64,000 nucleotides of DNA from an uncultured Clostridia bacterium (GTDB lineage: Bacteria > Bacillota > Clostridia > Christensenellales > UBA1242), in contig CANRQB010000003.1 in the NCBI GenBank assembly GCA_947632645.1, forward strand, positions 10,482 to 74,481, written 5' to 3'. Positions 1-8,661 of the stretch are shown in pieces. The stretch's first letter is position 1, and each line of letters opens with the position of its first letter. The notes under the pieces were generated by a model. It was not told the origin of the DNA and made no database searches. It was given only the letters and a program-made list of their open reading frames with translations. A program made the translations under genes and the position numbers.

Positions 1-932
1 TAGTCATAATCCTTGCACACCTTAATTTTGTTTGGCAAACTTATAACATTGCCGTTTTGTGCCTCTAGGGCAAACTGGCTTACCATTTTAATGTGCTTAC
101 TTTCTATATCCTGCTGGCTAAATTTGCCAAACACATACATAAGCACGCGGTTAAGCACTGGCTCGGCCTGGTAAAAATAGGTTAGTGGCACTTTAATTGT
201 ATCTTTATCCACAATAAGGGTGCTTAAATCTATTTGGCTTTTGATGTAGTTATCGTCCTTTGCGCAAATGTTGGCAAAGTTAACCAAATTTTTATCCACT
301 CCCTTAAATTTTTTGCGTAGGGTAGGCATAACAATGTTGCGGATATAATTGCGGCTGTAGGTTGTGTCCGCATTGGTTTCGTCTTGAACAAATTCCAAAC
401 TATTTTCGTCCATATAGGCCATAATCTCTTCTTTAGGGGTTGCTAAAAATGGGCGAATATAAATGCCGTCGCGCATTGGCTCCATGCCGCGCGCACCATT
501 AAGCCCAGCCCCTCGCAAAATGTTAAGTAGTACGGTTTCGGCTTGGTCTTGCTGGTGATGTGCAAGCGCAATTTTGTCCGCCAGCCCGCGCGAGATAAGG
601 GTTTCAAACACGCCATATCTAACCTTGCGTGCGGCTTGCTCTAGCGTAAGCCCTTCTTCTTTGCTAACCTTTACTGCCTCGCCCTTAAACTTATAGGCGC
701 GTATGCCGTGATCTTTGCAAAACTGCATAACAAATTCGGTATCCAGTGCGCTGTTGGCACGAATGCCGTGGTCTACATTAACGGCAACAATTTCACAATC
801 CAAATCGTTTTTAATGCTGTTTAGGTAGTGCAACAAGCAAATGCTATCCACTCCGCCCGAGCAAGCCACGCCAATAACTTCGCCCGGCTTAATTAGGTTG
901 TGTTTTTTAATGTAATCTAAAACTTCATCCAT
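1..932 (-). CDS. tilS: tRNA(Ile)-lysidine synthetase, N-terminal ~310 aa; the 3' end runs off the window start
   Basis: Not in the ORF track because it is open at the window edge. My translation from ATG at 932-930 gives MDEVLDYIKKHNLIKPGEVIGVACSGGVDSICLLHYLN, which contains the PP-loop SGGxDS. Further on, ...ALAHHQQDQAETVLLNILRGAG matches the TilS HHxxDQxET motif. Confidence 0.85.
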   Translation of the reverse strand, partial: MDEVLDYIKKHNLIKPGEVIGVACSGGVDSICLLHYLNSIKNDLDCEIVAVNVDHGIRANSALDTEFVMQFCKDHGIRAYKFKGEAVKVSKEEGLTLEQAARKVRYGVFETLISRGLADKIALAHHQQDQAETVLLNILRGAGLNGARGMEPMRDGIYIRPFLATPKEEIMAYMDENSLEFVQDETNADTTYSRNYIRNIVMPTLRKKFKGVDKNLVNFANICAKDDNYIKSQIDLSTLIVDKDTIKVPLTYFYQAEPVLNRVLMYVFGKFSQQDIESKHIKMVSQFALEAQNGNVISLPNKIKVCKDYD

Positions 933-1133
933 AAATCCTCCGATAAAAAAGATAACTTGCTACCCCTAAACAAATATCAAATTTTAATCGATTACATTAT
1001 ACCACAAAAGGTTAAATTTTGCAATAGGTAAGTTAAAAATTTTCAATAATTTTATTAAATTTGCAAAAAATAAGGCAAAATTAACCAAATTTTTAATAAT
1101 TTTGCAATAAAAATTTAAAAATGTTGTAAACAT

Positions 1134-1162
1134 TTGCCAATTTTATTTTTTTGGGTTATAAT
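1134..1162 (+). promoter_or_regulatory. sigma-A-like promoter TTGCCA-17-TATAAT
   Basis: TTGCCA at 1134-1139, a 17-nt spacer, TATAAT at 1157-1162. The first ATG (1169) lies 6 nt after the -10. Confidence 0.45.
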
Positions 1163-1168
1163 AAAAAT

Positions 1169-2044
1169 ATGTTAAATATTATTGTTGCTCCACTAAGCGA
1201 GTGTGTGCGCGCCGAGCAGATAACTAAGCGTGTGGTTGCCGTGCTTAAAGCGCAAAAGGCGGAATATTCGGTATACTTTTCCAAGGCATTGGAGGATATT
1301 TTTAATAGCGTTAGCGAACTTTTAACCTTGGGCGAAACCGAGTTTGTTGTGGTGGGTAACGATGTGGTCATAAGCGAACTTTTAAATGCGGTTAAACAGT
1401 TGGGCGACCTATCTAAAATTAGGCTAGGCATTGTACCGGTTAAGCAAAATGATGACTTCGCCAAATTTTTAAACCTGCCTTTTAACCCCGAACAAGCCAT
1501 AAAAAACATACTAAACAAAAAGATTGATGCGGTGGATTATTTGCTGGTTAACGGCAGGGTGGTGGTTAGCAACATAACCATAGGTGCTAGTGCCGAGATA
1601 TACGAGTTATTTTTAAAGCGCAAGGTTAAAAACAATTTTACAAAGCAACTAACTGCAAATAAATATGGCGGCGCTTTTACTGGTGTGGATTTAAACATAA
1701 CTTCACGTGGCGAAAAACCTATACAAAACAAATTTTTTGAACTTAGCATAAGCAACTCCGGCATACTTAATGGCGACAATGTATGCCCACTTGCAAATGT
1801 ACGCGACGGGCTGTTTAACCTAAACTATGCGCTTAACGAGCAAACTGAAAAAAAGGGGGATTATTTAAAACAGGTGGAGCATGGCAACCACATCTACAAC
1901 GCAAACACTCAACAACTTTGGTGGGATAACTGCAAAATATCCACTGCTGAGGGTAAAATTAAGGCAATAGTGGACGGCAGGATAGAACTTTTTGACAATT
2001 TAACCATTTCGCTTATTGCAAACGGGCTTAAACTTTATAACTAA
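1169..2044 (+). CDS. Diacylglycerol/lipid kinase catalytic-domain family protein (YegS/DagK-like) with a degenerate GGDGT motif
   Basis: Layout matches DAGK_cat proteins: LGIVPVKQNDDFAKFLNLP corresponds to LGIIPxGTxNDFxRxLxIP. The nucleotide-binding GGDGT is replaced by GNDVV. The track start TTG 1151 lies inside the -10 region, so ATG 1169 is preferred. Confidence 0.6.
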   Translation: MLNIIVAPLSECVRAEQITKRVVAVLKAQKAEYSVYFSKALEDIFNSVSELLTLGETEFVVVGNDVVISELLNAVKQLGDLSKIRLGIVPVKQNDDFAKFLNLPFNPEQAIKNILNKKIDAVDYLLVNGRVVVSNITIGASAEIYELFLKRKVKNNFTKQLTANKYGGAFTGVDLNITSRGEKPIQNKFFELSISNSGILNGDNVCPLANVRDGLFNLNYALNEQTEKKGDYLKQVEHGNHIYNANTQQLWWDNCKISTAEGKIKAIVDGRIELFDNLTISLIANGLKLYN

Positions 2045-2048
2045 AATT

Positions 2049-2070
2049 TGGCAATTTTGCCATTTTTTTT
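2049..2070 (+). terminator. Weak intrinsic terminator
   Basis: TGGCA (2049-2053) pairs with TGCCA (2058-2062) around a 4-nt loop, followed by a T8 run. Confidence 0.45.
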
Positions 2071-2165
2071 TATAAAGAAAGTGATTTGTTATTATTTTTA
2101 TTGGGCAATAATTTTATATAAGTCGAAAAAAGGATATTTTTGTTACATTTACGCATAATATTGGT

Positions 2166-3482
2166 ATGAAAAAATTTTGGTGCATAATTGCCGCATTTTT
2201 ACTATCAATAATTTGCGTGTTTGCTATGCCCATGCGCGTGCAAAAGGTGTGTGCCAGCCAAGGCGAGCAGTTGCAGTTTTTTTATGCCGACCGCGTGTTT
2301 AGTTATAATTTAGAAAAAAACAAAAAGCAACCGGACAGGTTTGATTTAAACCACATAATAAACAAATATAATCGCTTTGGCACAAAACAACAAAGGCAAA
2401 ATTTGTTAAAAGAAATGCTATCGGCAGGGCTAGATGTGGACGTTGCGCTAAACTATATTTTTCCGCATTTAAGCCATACCGTGGAGGGTATAAAAAACAA
2501 CATATATATTGCGCCAAAAGATGCAACGATAAAAATTAATCCAAATGCGGAAAAGGTGTTTAATATTTTTAGCGAGGTGGTGGGCATAAGTTTAGACGAA
2601 CAAGATTTATACAATCAAATTTGTGCGGCGTATCTAAACGATGGCGAGCTAAATTTTGGCATAAAAACCATTTTAACCATGCCCAAAATTACAAGTGAGG
2701 ATTATAAAAAATTTACGCATTTGCGCGCTGACTTTTCAACCGATTTTTCGTCGTCTAGTGAGGATAGAAAGCACAACATAAAAAACGCAATTAACGCGCT
2801 TAATAAATATACAATTTTGCCAAATCAGGTGTTTTCGTTTAACAAGGTGGTGGGCAGGCGTACGCAAGAAAATGGCTATAGAGAGGCAAAAATTATTATA
2901 AATAACGAGTATGTGGATGGCTTGGGTGGCGGGGTATGCCAGGTTAGCACCACGCTATATAATGCAGCGCTGCTTGCCGGGCTGGATATTGTGGAAGCAA
3001 ACAAGCACAGCAAACAAATAGGGTATGTTAAATATGGGTTTGATGCCATGGTAAATTTTGGCAGCAGCGATTTAAAATTTAAAAACAACACAAACCAACG
3101 CCTAACTATAATTGCCACTGCCAACAACAATAAAGTGCGCATACGAATTTACGGCGAGGATATGGCGGGCAAAAGCTATAAACTTGTAAACGAAATAGTG
3201 TCGGTTACCGAGCCAGAAGAACAGGTTATTATAGATACCACTGGGGAGTATGCAGATAAGGTGTTTTACGAGGACGAAAGTTATTATATAAAAAAGGCCA
3301 TCCGCGGCATGGAGGTAAAAAGTTACCGCCAATGCTATTTGGATGGCCAGTTGGTAGAAACCAAACTTATAAGATACGATAAATTTAAGGTGCAAAATTC
3401 AATTAAAGTGTGTGGTGCGCATAAGCGTCAAACACAAAATTTTATTCCGCCAGTTGCGAAATTGGAAAAATTTTATCCTTAA
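2166..3482 (+). CDS. VanW-family protein with N-terminal signal/anchor
   Basis: Hydrophobic N-terminus KKFWCIIAAFLLSIICVFA. VanW-domain signature GGGVCQVSTTLYNAALLAGL. Confidence 0.85.
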   Translation: MKKFWCIIAAFLLSIICVFAMPMRVQKVCASQGEQLQFFYADRVFSYNLEKNKKQPDRFDLNHIINKYNRFGTKQQRQNLLKEMLSAGLDVDVALNYIFPHLSHTVEGIKNNIYIAPKDATIKINPNAEKVFNIFSEVVGISLDEQDLYNQICAAYLNDGELNFGIKTILTMPKITSEDYKKFTHLRADFSTDFSSSSEDRKHNIKNAINALNKYTILPNQVFSFNKVVGRRTQENGYREAKIIINNEYVDGLGGGVCQVSTTLYNAALLAGLDIVEANKHSKQIGYVKYGFDAMVNFGSSDLKFKNNTNQRLTIIATANNNKVRIRIYGEDMAGKSYKLVNEIVSVTEPEEQVIIDTTGEYADKVFYEDESYYIKKAIRGMEVKSYRQCYLDGQLVETKLIRYDKFKVQNSIKVCGAHKRQTQNFIPPVAKLEKFYP

Positions 3483-6012
3483 ATTTAGATAGATTTGTAA
3501 CTGCTTTATAAGCTTCTAAAGCGTTGTCAGGCACATAAATTTTAAAGTCAGTTTGCAAATAGTTGCTGTGCAAGGTGTTGGCTTGTATAGCTGGTGGTTT
3601 TTCGCATTTAAAATATATGTATTTACGCTGTGTTTTATCTAGCGTATCCGAAGTTGTTCCGCCAAAGGCATTGGCTGCTAGTATCAAACAACTTTTAGGT
3701 ATTTCCACATAAGGGCTGTCACCATGACTATTAAATTGTGTACTTAATAGGGTTACCCCCTCTGGGATAATTATTGGCTTTTTAAATGATATATACTCTA
3801 CAAATCTTTCACAATATTGCGTAAGTTTGCATGCAGTAAAATCCACCTCTTCTAGTGTGCAATATGTTGTGTTAGAAAAACAGCCCGAAGCTATATAGTT
3901 TAGCGATGCGGGCAAAACTAGGCGAGTGCTGTATTTGCAGCACTCGGAAAAGCTCATGGTGTTGCAACGCTCTAGTGTGTTGGGCAGCTGTTCTAGTGGC
4001 ACACCCTTGCAGTTTTTAAAGCCACACTCTTGCACCACCTTTAAATTTTTAAGATCGCAAAAATTTGTTATAGTAATTGGCAAATCGCTGTTGGTGCAAT
4101 AAAAGGCATAGGTGTCTACAGTATCGGTGTTTGGGCTTAAGGTTATGTCAAACGAACATCCCTTGTTGTAAAACGAATATCTGCCTACAGTGGTGCACTC
4201 GTCTGGATATGTGTACGATATAGGCAACGAAGTGTCTATCAATTGTGGGCAGGTTAATGCGCGCAAAACGGTTGTGTCTTGTGCCGAGCCGCCCGCCTCT
4301 AGCTCGCCAGAGGTTAGCACGCCATTAGAGTTATAAAACATCTTTCCAAGCAAAACATCTTTTTCGGATGCAGTTGTAAGCGAAAAGTCAGTTTCGGTAT
4401 GCGTGCCTGTTTTAATAATTTTGTCGCCAGCAAAAAAGGTTTTACCCAACACAACATCCTCTTCGGTCGCCGTGGCTACAGATAGGTCGGTTTCTACATA
4501 TGTGCCAGTTTTAAGCTCGTTATTTTGGCTATAAAATTTTTTGCCATACATAACATCCTGAGCTTCTGCATCTGCCAAACCAAAATCGGTATCCACATGC
4601 GTGCCCGTTTTAAGTTGATTGTTGCTTGCATAAAAGGTTTTGCCAGCTACAACATCTTTTTCATCCGCGTTGGCAAGCGTAAAGTCAACATCCTCGTGCG
4701 TGCCTGTTTTAAGTGTGCTATCTTTTGCATAAAAGGTTTTACCTTTAACCACATCCTCGCTAGTTGCGTCGGCAAGGCTAAAATCGGTGTCCACATGTGT
4801 GCCAGTTTTTATCTGCTTATCCTTTGCAAAAAAAGTTTTTCCAACTACAACATCTTCTTCGGTTGCGGTTGCGGCATCCAGTTCGGCATCGGTATGCGTG
4901 CCCACTTTAAGTTCGTTATTTTGGCTGTAGAATTTTTTACCTTCTACCACATCCTCACTAGTTGCATCGGCAAGTGTAAAATCGGTATCTACATGTGTGC
5001 CCACTTTAAGCTCATTGTTTTGGCTGTAGAACTTTTTGCCAGCAACAACGTCCTCTTCATTGGCATCGGCAAGTGTAAAGTCAGTGTCTACATGTGTACC
5101 TGTTTTAATTTCTTTATCCCCAGCAAAAAAGGTTTTTCCAACTACAACATCCTCTTCGGTTGCGGTTGCAATATCTAACTCGGCATCGGTATGAGTTCCA
5201 ATTTTAAGTTGGCTATCGCTTGCATAAAAGGTTTTGCCAGCTACAACGTCTTCTTCGGTGGCATCTGCCAAACTAAAATCGGTGTCCTCGTGGGTGCCTG
5301 TGCGTTTAACGTGATCGCCGCCATAAAAGGTTTTGCCTTTAACTACATCTTGTTCGGTGGCGGTGCCAGAAAAATCTGGTTTAACATATTTGCCAGTTTT
5401 AATAAGATGATCGCCAGCATAAAAGGTTTTGCCAAAAGCAACATCCATTTCAACCGCATCAGCGTTTTTAAAAACTGGCTTTACATAGCTGCCAGTTTTA
5501 AGTTTATCGTCGCCCGCATAATAGGTTACTCCAAACGCTACGTCGTCAGCTGTGGCGGTGGCGGCGGCGTAATCTGGATCGGTATGCGTGCCTGTTTTAA
5601 TTTCTATATTGCCTGCAAAAAATGTTTTGCCTGCTTTAACATCTTCTGGTGATGCTGTGGCAGCGGGAAGGTCGGCATCCTTATGGCTGCCTGTTACAAA
5701 ATTGCCAAATTTATCGTAAAAGGTTTTATTAAACTTTACGTCATCGGCTGTGGCGGAAACATTACTGTAATCAACATCCTCGTGTGTGCCAACCTTAAGT
5801 GTTTCGTCCTGACTATAAAAGGTTTTGCCCATTTTAACATCTTCTGGCATAGCGGTGGCGTTTGTTAAATTTGCATGAGTTATGGTTTTTATGCCTGCGG
5901 TAATTTCGCTTGGGCTGGGGTTGGTGTAGGTGGTAGAAACTTTTCCACCCTTATCTTCTATTGCTTTTTTCTGGGCGATAAGTTCGTGTTTTAAGCGTTC
6001 CAAACTATCCAT
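3442..6012 (-). CDS. Repeat protein: coiled N-terminus, 16 x 33-aa GKTFY repeats, C-terminal BspA-type (Cys-rich) leucine-rich repeats; no signal peptide
   Basis: 856-aa ORF. The repeat consensus is xADAxEEDVVxGKTFYxxxxxLKTGTHxDTDF. The C-terminal region has FxxCxxL-type LRR units (YAFYCTNSDLPITITNFCDLKNLKVVQECGFKNCKGV..., ASGCFSNTTYCTLEEVDF). The ATG overlaps the upstream micro-ORF stop. Confidence 0.8.
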   Translation of the reverse strand: MDSLERLKHELIAQKKAIEDKGGKVSTTYTNPSPSEITAGIKTITHANLTNATAMPEDVKMGKTFYSQDETLKVGTHEDVDYSNVSATADDVKFNKTFYDKFGNFVTGSHKDADLPAATASPEDVKAGKTFFAGNIEIKTGTHTDPDYAAATATADDVAFGVTYYAGDDKLKTGSYVKPVFKNADAVEMDVAFGKTFYAGDHLIKTGKYVKPDFSGTATEQDVVKGKTFYGGDHVKRTGTHEDTDFSLADATEEDVVAGKTFYASDSQLKIGTHTDAELDIATATEEDVVVGKTFFAGDKEIKTGTHVDTDFTLADANEEDVVAGKKFYSQNNELKVGTHVDTDFTLADATSEDVVEGKKFYSQNNELKVGTHTDAELDAATATEEDVVVGKTFFAKDKQIKTGTHVDTDFSLADATSEDVVKGKTFYAKDSTLKTGTHEDVDFTLANADEKDVVAGKTFYASNNQLKTGTHVDTDFGLADAEAQDVMYGKKFYSQNNELKTGTYVETDLSVATATEEDVVLGKTFFAGDKIIKTGTHTETDFSLTTASEKDVLLGKMFYNSNGVLTSGELEAGGSAQDTTVLRALTCPQLIDTSLPISYTYPDECTTVGRYSFYNKGCSFDITLSPNTDTVDTYAFYCTNSDLPITITNFCDLKNLKVVQECGFKNCKGVPLEQLPNTLERCNTMSFSECCKYSTRLVLPASLNYIASGCFSNTTYCTLEEVDFTACKLTQYCERFVEYISFKKPIIIPEGVTLLSTQFNSHGDSPYVEIPKSCLILAANAFGGTTSDTLDKTQRKYIYFKCEKPPAIQANTLHSNYLQTDFKIYVPDNALEAYKAVTNLSKFKDKIFPISQLAE
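4282..5862 (-). repeat. 16 tandem 99-bp (33-aa) coding repeats
   Basis: Counted from the translation (aa 51-577). The repeats are also recognisable at nucleotide level through shared runs such as gtgcccactttaag, ttttggctgtagaa and gcatcggcaagtgtaaa. Confidence 0.9.
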
Positions 6013-6178
6013 AAATACCCTCTAAAACGTTATCTAAATCTTCCTGTAAAAAATAACACCCTTTTAAGATAAAATCCAGTTCGTTTTCAATAAGCAAAAA
6101 TTGATAATAATTTTCCAACCGTTTTTCCACACCAAAAACTTTTTTGTTTGTAAGGTCTAGGTTGTTAAATTCTTCCAT
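6005..6178 (-). CDS. 57-aa micro-ORF translationally coupled to the repeat protein
   Basis: Below the track length cutoff. My translation: MEEFNNLDLTNKKVFGVEKRLENYYQFLLIENELDFILKGCYFLQEDLDNVLEGIYG*. Strong SD GGAGGAA (rc of 6181-6187) two nt upstream of the ATG at 6178. The TAG stop (6007-6005) overlaps the downstream ATG (6012-6010) by 8 nt. Confidence 0.5.
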   Translation of the reverse strand: MEEFNNLDLTNKKVFGVEKRLENYYQFLLIENELDFILKGCYFLQEDLDNVLEGIYG

Positions 6179-6306
6179 TTTTCCTCCTTTATTTTATAAT
6201 TCCCAAATAATCCTAACATTTTTTTTGTTAATTTTTGGCTAGATAATGACAAAAAACTTGTTTTTGACATAAATTTATGATATAATTAAAAAAATTTGGA
6301 GGAGTT

Positions 6307-6912
6307 ATGAAAAATTTAAAATGTCCATTTATTTTGTTTGCTGTGTTTTCCGCCTTTATAATTGGCTGGCAAACGGTTTCTAACAACCTAATATTTTCTG
6401 GTGTAAGTGTGCCATTTGTAGCCCTTGTGCTTATTTTGGCAGCGCTAACCTTTGCCATTGTAACCAATAAGGAGCTAAGGCATCGCATACTAGATTTATA
6501 CATAGTTGCTTGCGTTTTTGTTGTGCTGGAATTTATTGTGTATCTAGTGCTAGAGTTTTCGCTTGGCAACAGCAAAACTTGGCAAGGGTTTATCACCTAT
6601 CAAAATGTGCTATGTGTGCTTGGGCTTATATATCTTATCTACATTGTTTTCCGCGCAATATACGAGGCAAAGGGGCTTAATCTAACTGGGCTAGAAATTA
6701 TTTTGGGCAACAAAAAACCAGTTAAAAAAGTTAAGCAAGCCAAAGAGTTTGCAAATGGCAGTTTAGAGGCAAAGCCTAATCAAAAACATCTAGACGAGCA
6801 AAAAGTAGACGAGCCGGCAGCAGAACAAACGGATAGCCAACCAGTAGAACAAAACACTGTCGCTAACGAGGATAACAGTTCGGTTGATACTAAACAAGAA
6901 GGGGAAGAGTAA
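6307..6912 (+). CDS. Integral membrane protein (about 4 TM segments) with an acidic C-terminal tail
   Basis: SD GGAGGAG upstream of the ATG. Hydrophobic segments FILFAVFSAFIIGW, VPFVALVLILAALTFAIV, IVACVFVVLEFIVYLVL and VLCVLGLIYLIYIVF. No family recognised. Confidence 0.6.
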   Translation: MKNLKCPFILFAVFSAFIIGWQTVSNNLIFSGVSVPFVALVLILAALTFAIVTNKELRHRILDLYIVACVFVVLEFIVYLVLEFSLGNSKTWQGFITYQNVLCVLGLIYLIYIVFRAIYEAKGLNLTGLEIILGNKKPVKKVKQAKEFANGSLEAKPNQKHLDEQKVDEPAAEQTDSQPVEQNTVANEDNSSVDTKQEGEE

Positions 6913-6935
6913 AGCAAATTGGCTTTACTTTTTTT
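6910..6935 (+). terminator. Weak intrinsic terminator
   Basis: TAAAGC (6910-6915) pairs with GCTTTA (6922-6927), followed by a T-run. Confidence 0.4.
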
Positions 6936-6955
6936 AAAAAAGTTTAAATTTATAG

Positions 6956-6984
6956 TTGACAAATAAAAATAAATATGATATTAT
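6956..6984 (+). promoter_or_regulatory. sigma-A promoter TTGACA-17-TATTAT (TG-extended)
   Basis: TTGACA at 6956-6961, a 17-nt spacer, TGaTATTAT ending at 6984. Confidence 0.6.
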
Positions 6985-7034
6985 ATAAACAATTAAAGCA
7001 CCTAGCAGGTGTTTTTTTAGTAAAAGGAGATATT

Positions 7035-7214
7035 ATGGCTAGTAAATCTAAAAGAGCAAAAACTAAAACCGAAAAAATCATTTTAGAGTGCACCGTTTGC
7101 AAAAATAGGAACTATAATTCCACAAAAAACAAGGCAAACGATCCAGATAGGATGGAGCTTAATAAGTATTGCCCAACTTGCAAAAAAACCACCCCACATA
7201 AAGAAACTAAATAG
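7035..7214 (+). CDS. rpmG: 50S ribosomal protein L33
   Basis: [59 protein letters not shown] shows the CxxC...CxxC L33 pattern. SD AAGGAGA precedes ATG 7035. The track start at 6975 is upstream of the SD. Confidence 0.9.
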   Translation: MASKSKRAKTKTEKIILECTVCKNRNYNSTKNKANDPDRMELNKYCPTCKKTTPHKETK

Positions 7215-7222
7215 GAGTTAAC

Positions 7223-7645
7223 ATGGCAAAAAAGAAAAAGGGCAAAACCCAAAACAAAAGCGTAAATAAACCAAAAGCTGTTGTAGCCGACGAGGTTAAA
7301 GTTAGCGCGCCAGAAGCTGAAGTTAAGGCAGAAGCTGTAGCCGAAGTTAATCAACCCGAAGTTAAGCCCGAAGTTAAAGAAACTAAATGCGAAAAAGCGG
7401 GCAAAAAAAGCAAGGTGGTAGAGGTTAAGGCAAAGGATGTTAAAAAGGAAAGTAAACCTAAAAAACCAAACAAACTTGCCAAAAACCTTAAAGACACTGG
7501 TGCCGAACTTAAAAAAGTTACCTGGCCAAAATTTAAAGATGTTGTAAAACAAACCGGTATAGTTCTTGTAGTGGTGTTGGTTTTTGCACTTGTTTTGTTT
7601 GGGCTAGATAGGTTGTGCTACTGGCTAACCAGCTTTTTGTATTAA
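7223..7645 (+). CDS. secE: Preprotein translocase subunit SecE with a ~95-aa Lys/Glu/Val-rich N-terminal extension
   Basis: The C-terminus ELKKVTWPKFKDVVKQTGIVLVVVLVFALVLFGLDRLCYWLTSFL is the SecE TM core. Its position between rpmG and nusG is the conserved synteny. Confidence 0.85.
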   Translation: MAKKKKGKTQNKSVNKPKAVVADEVKVSAPEAEVKAEAVAEVNQPEVKPEVKETKCEKAGKKSKVVEVKAKDVKKESKPKKPNKLAKNLKDTGAELKKVTWPKFKDVVKQTGIVLVVVLVFALVLFGLDRLCYWLTSFLY

Positions 7646-7658
7646 AGGAGAAATGTAA

Positions 7659-8210
7659 ATGTCAAATATAGATATAGATAAAGAACCTAAATGGTATGTG
7701 CTTCACGTGTACTCTGGATACGAAAACGTGGCAAAACAAAACCTAGAAAACACTATAGAAAAGTACGGCCTAGAGGATAGGATTTTTGAAATTATAATCC
7801 CTATGGAAGATGTGCTAGAGGAAAAGAAAGGCAAAAAAGTGCTTGTTCCGCGCAAAACCATGCCGGGCTATATGTTTGTTAGAATGAAGTACGGCGACGA
7901 TATCTGGCACGCAATAACCCGTACTATGTATATAACCGGCTTTGTTGGGCCAAAGGGGCGCCCAATCTGCATAACCGACGAGGAAGCGCGCCGCATGGGG
8001 GTAGATAAACCTCAGCACACCGAAGTTAAGGTGGAATTAGACGTTAAAGTTGGCGATATGATAGAAGTTATCGATGGCAGTTTATCTAGCTTTGTTGGTG
8101 TGGTTAAAGCAGTGGATGCCGTAAATCAAAAGGTTACAGCAACAATCGAGATGTTTGGGCGTGAAAGCGAAGTTGAACTTGGCTTTAATCAAATCCGCGT
8201 AAAAAATTAG
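7659..8210 (+). CDS. nusG: Transcription termination/antitermination factor NusG
   Basis: KWYVLHVYSGYENVAKQNLE matches the NGN domain. GDMIEVIDGSLSSFVGVVKAVD matches the C-terminal KOW domain. Confidence 0.9.
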   Translation: MSNIDIDKEPKWYVLHVYSGYENVAKQNLENTIEKYGLEDRIFEIIIPMEDVLEEKKGKKVLVPRKTMPGYMFVRMKYGDDIWHAITRTMYITGFVGPKGRPICITDEEARRMGVDKPQHTEVKVELDVKVGDMIEVIDGSLSSFVGVVKAVDAVNQKVTATIEMFGRESEVELGFNQIRVKN

Positions 8211-8219
8211 TTTTGGGTA

Positions 8220-8247
8220 TTGACATATAAAAAATCTGTGATATAAT
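8220..8247 (+). promoter_or_regulatory. sigma-A promoter TTGACA-16-TGaTATAAT
   Basis: TTGACA at 8220-8225 and TATAAT at 8242-8247, with TG at 8239-8240. Confidence 0.6.
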
Positions 8248-8267
8248 TTTGTTATATCGGAGGATAT

Positions 8268-8615
8268 ATGAAAACAACCAAATATCTAGAAGAAAGGTTT
8301 GGATATGAGCCATTTATAAATTTTGTTGAAAACTACGCACAAAATGTTTTAGGAGTTTTTAAAGTTGAATCGTACGAATACAACAAGGAAGATGATGTTG
8401 TAATAATAGAATTTTTGTGTCTAGATAACAAGGTTGTGCGTGGCGAGTTTTATCCATTCCGCGCAGATTTATATTTTGCTGACGGAAACAAACATATTAT
8501 ATCATTAACACAAGAGTGGCAAAAGGTTGTTATTAGCCACACAAAAAATAGGGATGCATATATTGTAGATTTATTGTATGAAATAACCAATAGCAAAAAC
8601 ACAGTAGGTCGTTAA
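8268..8615 (+). CDS. Hypothetical protein, paralog A
   Basis: SD GGAGGA before the ATG. Shares YxYNKxxDxxxxxFxxxDNxxxxGEFxP[FY] with the next ORF. Confidence 0.6.
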   Translation: MKTTKYLEERFGYEPFINFVENYAQNVLGVFKVESYEYNKEDDVVIIEFLCLDNKVVRGEFYPFRADLYFADGNKHIISLTQEWQKVVISHTKNRDAYIVDLLYEITNSKNTVGR

Positions 8616-8661
8616 TTTATGCCTAAGCCCAAACAAATTAACTATGCATCATGGAGGACTT

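Noticed and set aside
4525-5868. Plus-strand ORFs of 217, 153 and 61 aa opposite the repeat gene
   Set aside because: They are antisense shadows of the 99-bp repeats. Their products are periodic low-complexity strings (…KGFASYNIFF…) with no SD or promoter.
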